Source: Raphidiopsis brookii D9
GTDB lineage: Bacteria > Cyanobacteriota > Cyanobacteriia > Cyanobacteriales > Nostocaceae
Reading direction: 5' to 3'
Assembly (NCBI GenBank): GCA_000175855.1
Contig: ACYB01000038.1
Span: 1 to 32,000 of the forward strand
DNA length: 32,000 nucleotides
A model generated the notes under the pieces. That model saw only the letters and a list, made by a program, of their open reading frames with translations, was not told the origin of the DNA and made no database searches. Shown here one piece after another: positions 1-6,465 of this stretch (the first letter of the stretch is position 1; every line of letters begins with the position of its first letter). The translations under genes and the position numbers were made by a program.

Positions 1-146
1 TCCCAAATAGTAATAACTTATTACAAGCCAACCCAAAAGAATTAGCCCCCCTTTTTAAATGGGGTTGGAGGGATCCCAAATAGTAATAACTTATTACAAG
101 CCAACATAAAAGAATTAGCCCCCTTTTTAAGGGGGTTTGGGGGGAT
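1..146. repeat. Two tandem copies of a ~73-bp intergenic repeat unit (array may continue upstream of the window)
   Basis: Units 1-73 and 74-146 align almost base for base (tcccaaatagtaataacttattacaagccaac...). Each has a perfect palindrome gtaataa-c-ttattac (10-24 and 83-97) and a C-run/T-run/G-run hairpin (agccccc ttttt aa ggggg). A third unit starts at 146 and then diverges into a HIP1 site and a C-rich tract. Confidence 0.85.
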
Positions 147-230
147 CAAGCGATCGCCCTCCCCCCACCTCCCCTCACCTTCCATCGCCAAATTTACTAT
201 AATAGGTTAGTCCTACCTGAACTAAAGATA

Positions 231-1019
231 ATGGTCACTACTGTAAAACTAGTCCCAACTCTACCAACACAGGACGAATTGCCTTATGATGATGGAGTGC
301 CAATGGAAAGCCCACGACACAAACTGCAACTACAGCTCCTAACAGAAACCCTGACTTCATGGTTAGAACAGAGGGAAGATGGTTTCATTGGTGGGGACAT
401 GTTTGTATACTTCAGTGCCAATGAAGTCAAAACAGAGGATTTCAAGGGACCAGACTTCTTTGCGGTATTAGGGGTGCCAAAGGGAGAGCGGAAAAGTTGG
501 GTAGTATGGCAAGAGGGAAAAGGTCCCGACGTGATTGTAGAGCTATTGTCAGAGAGTACGGCTAAAACAGATAAGACGACCAAGAAGAGCATCTACCAGA
601 ACCAAATGAGGGTACCAGAATATTTTTGGTATGACCCTTTTAACCCGGAAGACTGGAAGGGATTTAAACTAATAAATGGAGTTTATAAGCCTTTAGAACT
701 GGTAGAAGGTGGGTATATAAGTGAACAGATAAATTTAAAACTGGTATTATGGGAAGGGAGTTTTAAGGGATTAAATATAGTGTGGCTAAGGTGGGCGACG
801 TTAGAAGGGGAGCTGTTACCAACCCAAGAAGAAAAGACACAACGGGAATATGAACGAAGAGAGATAGCAGAAGCTTTGGCTATTCAAGAGCGTCAGCAAA
901 AAGAGATAGCAGAAGCTTTAGCTATTCAAGAACGCGCTGAAAAAGAACAGGAACGCCAGAAGAACGAAAAATTGGCTGCTTACTTACGTTCCCTTGGTAT
1001 CAACCCGGATGAGATTTGA
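231..1019 (+). CDS. Uma2-family (DUF820) putative restriction-type endonuclease with a repeat-containing helical C-terminal tail
   Basis: 262-aa ORF with the typical Uma2 pattern: ELPYDDGVPMESPRH near the N-terminus, GPDFFAVLGV, then PDVIVELLSESTAKTDKTTKKSIYQNQMRVPEYFWYDP. The C-terminal ~70 aa are charged and helical, with a duplicated REIAEALAIQER segment. Confidence 0.8.
   Translation: MVTTVKLVPTLPTQDELPYDDGVPMESPRHKLQLQLLTETLTSWLEQREDGFIGGDMFVYFSANEVKTEDFKGPDFFAVLGVPKGERKSWVVWQEGKGPDVIVELLSESTAKTDKTTKKSIYQNQMRVPEYFWYDPFNPEDWKGFKLINGVYKPLELVEGGYISEQINLKLVLWEGSFKGLNIVWLRWATLEGELLPTQEEKTQREYERREIAEALAIQERQQKEIAEALAIQERAEKEQERQKNEKLAAYLRSLGINPDEI
861..944 (+). repeat. In-frame 42-bp tandem duplication inside the Uma2 gene
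   Basis: gagatagcagaagctttggctattcaagagcg... at 861-902 recurs at 903-944 with a few substitutions. It encodes EIAEALAIQERQQK / EIAEALAIQERAEK. Confidence 0.85.
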
Positions 1020-1056
1020 ATCTCTAATGTGTAATCAGTCACAATCTCCACACCGG

Positions 1057-1091
1057 GCGATCGCATTTGCCCCCCGGTAGAAGGCGATCGC
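1057..1091. repeat. Two HIP1 octamers (GCGATCGC) 27 bp apart; representative of ~17 HIP1 sites in the window
   Basis: GCGATCGC occurs at 1057-1064 and 1084-1091. Further copies start at about 150, 5645, 5794, 8325, 10700, 12336, 12541, 14345, 17377, 21968, 25180, 26074 and 29991. Over-representation of this octamer is characteristic of cyanobacteria. Confidence 0.9.
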
Positions 1092-1214
1092 CCTTGACCC
1101 CCACCTTATTTGTCCCTGATAGTCTAGTGGATCTCAGTTCCTCCTCCTTAGCTAAAATAAAATAAGGCATCATACAATCAAACTACAAGTGATCAAAAGG
1201 TAAAAAGAAACAAT

Positions 1215-1466
1215 ATGATTAACAAAGTGACTATAGAATTGCCATCGGAATTAGCCTCAAAATTAACCCATCAGGCTCTGAAAAAACAAACTACTCTTGA
1301 AGATATGATTGTCAATCTCTTATCCCAATTAAACGAAAATCAAACCATAGAAGAAATTGACTCAATTACACCCCTATTAGGTACATTAAGATGTGATCTG
1401 AATGATCTAGGAGAAAATCATGATCTCTATTTAGTCCAAAATTTGGCACAAGAGAAAGAGGATTGA
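1215..1466 (+). CDS. Putative ribbon-helix-helix (CopG-like) antitoxin
   Basis: 83-aa ORF. Its N-terminus KVTIELPSELASKLTHQALKKQTTLEDMIVNLL fits the RHH beta-strand/helix pattern. Its stop overlaps the start of the downstream PIN ORF (TTGA overlap at 1463-1466), the classic TA arrangement. Confidence 0.6.
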   Translation: MINKVTIELPSELASKLTHQALKKQTTLEDMIVNLLSQLNENQTIEEIDSITPLLGTLRCDLNDLGENHDLYLVQNLAQEKED

Positions 1467-1644
1467 AATTGAATCAGATATTTGTTGATACTTCAGGTTG
1501 GGCAAATTTATTCATTGCCACAGAATCCTATCATAATCAAGCTAAACAATGGTTTCTTCAGTCACGTCAGCAAAATGATCAATTGATTACCAGTAATTAT
1601 GTGATTAGTGAGCTTGTAGCCTTGTTTTATAGTCCCTTGAGAGT
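1463..1644 (+). pseudogene. PIN-domain (VapC-like) toxin, 3'-truncated by IS insertion
   Basis: The N-terminus MKLNQIFVDTSGWANLF carries the first PIN acidic motif (DTS). The reading frame runs into the left inverted repeat of the IS at 1645, and the last ~20 codons of the tracked ORF (to 1705) are IS sequence. Only ~60 of an expected ~130 aa remain. Confidence 0.7.
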
Positions 1645-1703
1645 CAATACTGTTCGGTTAAGGAAAAAAAGGGGTAAGATCAAGAGAAAAGAGTTCGCGT
1701 TTT
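1645..1703. repeat. Left terminal inverted repeat of the IS (59 bp)
   Basis: Perfect reverse complement of 3752-3810, checked base by base. Confidence 0.9.
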
Positions 1704-1732
1704 AATTGCGAGAACAAAGAAAATTGAGAGAC

Positions 1733-2125
1733 TTACTTTTTCTCCTTGAGACTGTTGTATAAGTCAGCCCAGTTTTGTCGCAGAGAATCAATACATGATT
1801 GTAAGTAATCAACCTGAGTCCTCCGAGCAACCGAGAGAACCGCATCAATATGAGCAGGACTTCCAGCCTTCCCTAAATGCTTGTATTTAGTTAACTTGCC
1901 TGGTTGAGAAGTAGGGAAAATGGGTTGAGAAGCGTGTAACTTATAGTACCAATAAACCCCTTGTTTACTCCGTGCTTGATAACGGGAAACAGAACAACCA
2001 GGAGGCCCGATTTCCCCCGCCGCTTTTATTTGTTGAATCATCAATTGCAAAGTCGCAATCGCTTGTTGCAACAGTTCCCCTCTGGCAATGAGATCATCTT
2101 CTTTTGTGGACATGATCAATAACAT
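1733..2125 (-). CDS. Hypothetical protein carried inside the IS, divergent from the transposase
   Basis: 130-aa ORF lying entirely between the left IR and the transposase gene. It has a helical N-terminus, a central SRYQARSKQGVYWYYKLH segment and a helical C-terminus. I recognise no family. Confidence 0.45.
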   Translation of the reverse strand: MLLIMSTKEDDLIARGELLQQAIATLQLMIQQIKAAGEIGPPGCSVSRYQARSKQGVYWYYKLHASQPIFPTSQPGKLTKYKHLGKAGSPAHIDAVLSVARRTQVDYLQSCIDSLRQNWADLYNSLKEKK

Positions 2126-2220
2126 TTGTATGTTCTCGAAATATACTCAAGAACTAAGTGACATTTAATATATTATGACCATTAGACCTAAAATTCCCCA
2201 AAAATTTTTGTTTTTAGTAT

Positions 2221-3618
2221 ATGTCACTGGTAAATTTTCAGGTACAAACAGCCTGTCTAAATCCTCAACAAATATTTTTAGCTTTGTCACAGGTAATTCC
2301 GAGTCAAACCATCACCAAGGCTATTGAATCTACTTGTAGTTCTCAACGAAGACTCAGAATATTACCAACTTATATCATAGTTACCTTAGTCATCGCCATG
2401 AGTTTTTGGTCATCTGACTCCATAGTTGATGTGTTCAAAAATCTCATTCATGGTTTGAGTTCTTTACACATCCCATCAGGTTTACGTCTTCAAACCCCAT
2501 CCGCTTCATCAATTACAGAAGCCCGCCAAAGAACCGGAGCAGCTGTCATGAGAAGGTTATTTGAACTGGTGGCAAAGCCCTTAGCAACAATATTAACACC
2601 TGGTGCTTTTTTAGGGGAATTAAGAATTATGGCTGTGGACGGAACAGTTTTTGATGTTCCAGATACTTCCACAAATGCTAGAGTCTTCGGCTATCCTGGT
2701 TCTCCTAAAGGGACTTATCCAGGTTTTCCTAAAGTCAGATTAGTATTTTTGGTGGAAGCAGGTACTCATTTAATTATAGATGCTTTTTGTTATCCCTATC
2801 GTATGGGAGAAAGGAGAGGTGCTTTAAAGTTACTACGCAGTATTAATTCTAGTATGTTATTAATGTGGGACAGAGGATTACATTCTTTTAAGATGGTTCA
2901 TACTGTCATTAAACAACAAGGAAATTTCCTTGGTCGTGTTCCTGGCAATGTGAAGTTTCAAGTAGTGAAAACGCTGGCAGATGGTTCTTATTTATCATGG
3001 ATTGCACCAGATGGACAGTCAAGAAAGAAAGGAGCAAAAAGAATGGAGGTTCGTATTATTGAATATGTGATTGAGGAGGATGGTACTCTAAAAACCTATC
3101 GGTTGATTACTAATCTAATGGATGTTGATAAGTTTCCGGCTTTGCTGTTAGCACAAGAGTATCATAAACGATGGGAAGCTGAGAATACTTTAGATGAGTT
3201 GAAAGTACATCTATTAGCCAGGAAAATTCCTATTCGTTCTAAGAATCCTCGTGAGGTTGTGCAAGAACTTTATGGTTGGTTGTTAGCTCATTATTGTTTG
3301 CGTTGTTTGATGTTTCAAAGTGCTACTTTGAAGAATATTTCTCCTTTAAGGTTGAGTTTTGTTGGGAGTTTACGAGTAATTCGGCGTGCTATTCCTGAGT
3401 TTCAACGTCAGGTAAATACGAATGTGGATATTAATTTATATTATAGTTGGTTGATGGCTGAAATTTCTGATTTGGAAATTCCTTTACGACAACAGCGAAG
3501 TAATCCTAGAGTGGTGAAGAAGGCTCGTTCTAAGTTTAAGAGTAAAAAACGAAGTCACAGGAATAATTGTACTCCTAGACAACAGTTATCTTTTCAAATT
3601 ATTAAACGGGCAAGTTGA
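2221..3618 (+). CDS. IS4-family DDE transposase
   Basis: 465-aa ORF. Candidate catalytic residues are in MAVDGTVFDVPD and LLMWDRGLHS. A perfect Y-x2-R-x3-E-x6-K signature is present (YHKRWEAENTLDELK), which is diagnostic for IS4-type transposases. Confidence 0.9.
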   Translation: MSLVNFQVQTACLNPQQIFLALSQVIPSQTITKAIESTCSSQRRLRILPTYIIVTLVIAMSFWSSDSIVDVFKNLIHGLSSLHIPSGLRLQTPSASSITEARQRTGAAVMRRLFELVAKPLATILTPGAFLGELRIMAVDGTVFDVPDTSTNARVFGYPGSPKGTYPGFPKVRLVFLVEAGTHLIIDAFCYPYRMGERRGALKLLRSINSSMLLMWDRGLHSFKMVHTVIKQQGNFLGRVPGNVKFQVVKTLADGSYLSWIAPDGQSRKKGAKRMEVRIIEYVIEEDGTLKTYRLITNLMDVDKFPALLLAQEYHKRWEAENTLDELKVHLLARKIPIRSKNPREVVQELYGWLLAHYCLRCLMFQSATLKNISPLRLSFVGSLRVIRRAIPEFQRQVNTNVDINLYYSWLMAEISDLEIPLRQQRSNPRVVKKARSKFKSKKRSHRNNCTPRQQLSFQIIKRAS

Positions 3619-3751
3619 ATCTATTTAGTTTGATGTTACGGTAATTTATTTTTTTCAATTGAAAATTTCATAGTTTGACTATTTTCTCTCTCATGGTTTG
3701 AGTGTGTGAGAATTTGTCTATCTTTTTTTTTGTTTGTTAGTTATCGAAACA

Positions 3752-3810
3752 AAAACGCGAACTCTTTTCTCTTGATCTTACCCCTTTTTTTCCTTAACCG
3801 AACAGTATTG
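3752..3810. repeat. Right terminal inverted repeat of the IS (59 bp)
   Basis: Perfect reverse complement of 1645-1703. Confidence 0.9.
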
Positions 3811-4029
3811 GGACTAGATCCAGCATGGAGAAGACATTTAGCCCAGGTCCTATTAAAATTGCCCGTACAGGTTCTGTTAATTGCTTCCCATGACCTAAAC
3901 TGGTTGGGTAAAGTTACCCAACGTGCGTTAGTGCTAACAGATGGTAAAATTCAAATAGACCATCCAATTCAACCCCTGTTAGCAGATGGTAAAACTCTAG
4001 ACAACTTGGGTTTACCACTAGGTTGGTGA
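3811..4029 (+). pseudogene. C-terminal remnant (~72 aa) of an ABC-transporter ATP-binding protein (ECF/CbiO-like)
   Basis: Directly after the right IR the frame reads GLDPAWRRHLAQVLLKLPVQVLLIASHDLNWLGKVTQRALVLTDGKI. That is the D-loop (GLDP), the switch-His region (ASHDL) and the C-terminal strand of an ABC ATPase. Walker A, the signature motif and Walker B are absent, and the N-terminal 35 codons of tracked ORF 3706-4029 are IS sequence. Confidence 0.75.
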
Positions 4030-4077
4030 TAGAAGAACCAGGTAAAACAGATAAAAACTATTTTGTCTACATAATTT

Positions 4078-4539
4078 ATGCGTAAAAGTATGTTATGCCT
4101 TTGTTTCTATATAGCTTTTCTCGTCACGGGTTGTAGTCAAAGTAAAGTCTCCCAGTGTCAACAATTGATGGAAGTTGTGAGTCGGGGTAGTATGATGATT
4201 GATCAAAGTCAGGGGTCTCAAGTTTCAACCAGTCTAAAACTAGCGCAAGATTTGGGAAACACCAGTAAATCAATTAAAAAATTGCACCTAACAGATCCAC
4301 AACTGCAAAAATTCCAGGGTGACCTGAGTCAAAATTTTGCTGGTCTTAGCGATTATATTGGCAAATCTGCTAAATCTCTTGGTGAAGCGAAGAAAACACC
4401 AAATTCCCCGTCTGGACAAGAAAAAATGAGGTATGCTAAAATGGGGATAGAGTCATCCTTAATGACAGCGGAAGCAGCAGGTAAGAAACTAGACGCTTTG
4501 GGAAACAAATTAAGTAAGTACTGTAACTCAACTAAGTAA
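4078..4539 (+). CDS. Putative lipoprotein, function unknown
   Basis: 153-aa ORF with a signal peptide ending in the lipobox LVTGC (MLCLCFYIAFLVTGCSQ). The mature part is helical and Lys/Ser/Gln-rich. Confidence 0.65.
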   Translation: MRKSMLCLCFYIAFLVTGCSQSKVSQCQQLMEVVSRGSMMIDQSQGSQVSTSLKLAQDLGNTSKSIKKLHLTDPQLQKFQGDLSQNFAGLSDYIGKSAKSLGEAKKTPNSPSGQEKMRYAKMGIESSLMTAEAAGKKLDALGNKLSKYCNSTK

Positions 4540-4558
4540 CGCGAGTGAACCTGTAATC

Positions 4559-5200
4559 ATGAAAGCAGAATTAACAGAACTAATAATAAAAGTTATCCAG
4601 GTTTTACAAATAAATATGAGATGGATGACATGGAACTTATTTTTGGCATTTATTCCCCTGTTATTAAGTATTTGGTTATTTCGTGGGAGGCAAAAATCAT
4701 CCTTAGCCTGGTGGCCAGTATTTTTCGTATTCTATGCTTTTTTACCCAATGCTCCCTACTTACTAACTGACATCATTCATCTGATTGATGACATTCGTAA
4801 TATCCCATCAATTTGGGTAATTACACTAATCTTAATTCCTATATATTTATTAGTCATCCTAGCTGGATTCCAAGCTTATGTTATATCCCTGATTAATTTA
4901 GGTCATTATTTACACCGCGTGCGACAAAGTCAGTGGATTCTTCCAGTAGAATTAATAACCCATATACTCAATGCCATTGGTATTTATTGGGGTCGTTTCT
5001 TGCGCTTTAACAGCTGGGATTTAGTTACCCAACCAGATATAATATTAACTAAAGGTATAGAAGAATTACTAGGAAAACAACCCCTAGTAATTATCATTAT
5101 TAGCTTTATAATTCTCTGGGGATTATACTCATTGATGAAACAAATTACCTTAGGGATTATTTATAGACTAACCATTAGAAAAGGTAATCTCGGAGTATAA
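4559..5200 (+). CDS. DUF1361-family integral membrane protein
   Basis: 213 aa with ~5 hydrophobic segments. Motifs I associate with DUF1361: NLFLAFIPL, NAPYLLTDIIHL and GRFLRFNSWD. Confidence 0.6.
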   Translation: MKAELTELIIKVIQVLQINMRWMTWNLFLAFIPLLLSIWLFRGRQKSSLAWWPVFFVFYAFLPNAPYLLTDIIHLIDDIRNIPSIWVITLILIPIYLLVILAGFQAYVISLINLGHYLHRVRQSQWILPVELITHILNAIGIYWGRFLRFNSWDLVTQPDIILTKGIEELLGKQPLVIIIISFIILWGLYSLMKQITLGIIYRLTIRKGNLGV

Positions 5201-5307
5201 GGAGTATAATGAACCAATGCATTAGTTGCTCTAAAAAAATTGCCTACCACAAAAATTTCGTGTAGACTGGTAGAAGCTTTTAATTTAAACTATTTAGCAT
5301 TACTGGC

Positions 5308-6465
5308 ATGAAAAACCAATTACACTTAAGAGCTTTACTAAGCAATTTTTCTGTTTATTCTTTGAGTAAAAATTGGTGGATAGCGGTTATTCTATGGTTT
5401 GCTTTTACCCTTCCTACTCAAGCATCTGTTATTCTGCGTATAGCTATTGAAAAAGAAGTTGAGCAAATTAAGATTGGTGCATCCAGTACAGCTATAGTTA
5501 AAAATAGTTATGGGCGCACTTTAGGAAAACTAACAGCTAGCAACTCGTATGCAGCACAGGCAGTTTTAGGAGAAGTATCCTTAGACAAATGGCAGTCTCG
5601 CTTATTTTGGATTGAACCTACTGCTAAAGGATACGTTTATATAGGCGATCGCTGGTTTCGTGGTAGAACTCTTATTGTATCCACAGGAAAGGGTATAACC
5701 GCTGTCAACTGGGTAGATCTGGAAGAATATCTCTACAGTGTGGTTGGTGGAGAAATGAGCTCTAGTTGGCATGAAGAAGCTCTTAAAGCTCAGGCGATCG
5801 CAGCTCGTACCTATGCCTTGTACAAGAGAAAAGAACAACGGAATAATCCCCTATATGATCTAGGAGATAGTTCTGATAGTTGGCAAGTTTATCACGGTGT
5901 AAGCAGTGAATCTCCTAGAACCTATAGTGCGGTTGATCAAACTGCGGGTCAGGTTCTCACCTATGAGAACCAAATCATTCTTTCAGCATTTCATGCTTGT
6001 TCTGGTGGACACACGGAAAATGTGGAGGATGTATGGGGGAACCCTCTTCCTTACTTGCGAGCAGTTCAAGATTTTGACCAGAACGTCAGGGACTGTAACT
6101 GGAATACCACTCTCAGTTCTGAAGAAATTAGTGCCCGTATTCCGGGTGTGGGTAATGTGAAGGAAATAATGATTGAGTCTTTATCTCCTTTTCGGAGTGT
6201 TAAAACTTTAAGAATTGTTGGCGATCAAGGAAGTAAGGTTCTCAAAGGTGAAGAAGTTCGAACCATTCTCAAGCTTAGAAGTACCCGTTTTACGGTGAAT
6301 AAAGATGTAAATGGTAACTTTGTTCTACGGGGATTAGGTTTTGGACATGGTTTAGGAATGAGTCAGTGGGGAGCATACATCCTAGCCAAAAATGGATTCA
6401 ACCACTTACAAATCCTAGGATACTACTACAAGGGTGTAGCTTTAACCCCGATTAAAGCCAAGTAG
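5308..6465 (+). CDS. SpoIID/LytB domain protein (peptidoglycan remodelling), paralogue 1
   Basis: 385 aa with an N-terminal signal/TM segment. Hallmark SpoIID motifs: YLYSVVGGEM, EALKAQAIAARTYAL, FHACSGGHTENVEDVW, GFGHGLGMSQWGA. Confidence 0.85.
   Translation: MKNQLHLRALLSNFSVYSLSKNWWIAVILWFAFTLPTQASVILRIAIEKEVEQIKIGASSTAIVKNSYGRTLGKLTASNSYAAQAVLGEVSLDKWQSRLFWIEPTAKGYVYIGDRWFRGRTLIVSTGKGITAVNWVDLEEYLYSVVGGEMSSSWHEEALKAQAIAARTYALYKRKEQRNNPLYDLGDSSDSWQVYHGVSSESPRTYSAVDQTAGQVLTYENQIILSAFHACSGGHTENVEDVWGNPLPYLRAVQDFDQNVRDCNWNTTLSSEEISARIPGVGNVKEIMIESLSPFRSVKTLRIVGDQGSKVLKGEEVRTILKLRSTRFTVNKDVNGNFVLRGLGFGHGLGMSQWGAYILAKNGFNHLQILGYYYKGVALTPIKAK

Larger units (their letters stand above)
1645..3810 (+). 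mobile_element. IS4-family insertion sequence (2166 bp) with 59-bp perfect terminal inverted repeats and two ORFs
   Basis: 1645-1703 (caatactgttcggttaaggaaaaaaaggggtaagatcaagagaaaagagttcgcgtttt) is the exact reverse complement of 3752-3810. The element encloses a DDE transposase with the IS4 signature and a divergent 130-aa ORF. Its flanks belong to two different truncated genes. Confidence 0.9.

Noticed and set aside
1-146. Possible CRISPR array, given direct repeats at the window start
   Set aside because: The 73-bp units are directly adjacent with no unique spacers. The unit is far longer than a CRISPR repeat, and no cas genes are nearby.
284-592. Tracked 102-aa minus-strand ORF inside the Uma2 gene
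   Set aside because: It is fully antisense to a well-supported gene and its Ser/Cys/Leu-rich sequence has no motif, which is typical of a shadow ORF. The same reasoning applies to 2490-2672, 5602-5838, 5906-6160, 7572-7883, 8874-9056, 13521-13748, 13831-14025, 14372-14554, 17579-17794, 19707-19919, 20295-20616, 22934-23131, 27116-27389, 28833-29066, 29118-29318, 29390-29703 and 30499-30771.
3706-3810. N-terminal 35 codons of tracked ORF 3706-4029 (MRICLSFFLFVSYRNKNANSF...)
   Set aside because: This stretch is the right end of the IS, including its inverted repeat. Only 3811-4029 is genuine ABC ATPase coding sequence, so the ORF is a junction artefact.
1645-3810. Absence of HIP1 octamers inside the IS as evidence of foreign origin
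   Set aside because: At roughly one HIP1 per ~1.9 kb in this window, zero sites in 2.2 kb is not statistically meaningful.
6452-6465. 14-bp overlap of the convergent 3' ends of SpoIID/LytB-1 and shc as a regulatory feature
   Set aside because: Short convergent overlaps are common in compact genomes. Nothing else in the sequence, such as a hairpin or conserved motif, points to a function.
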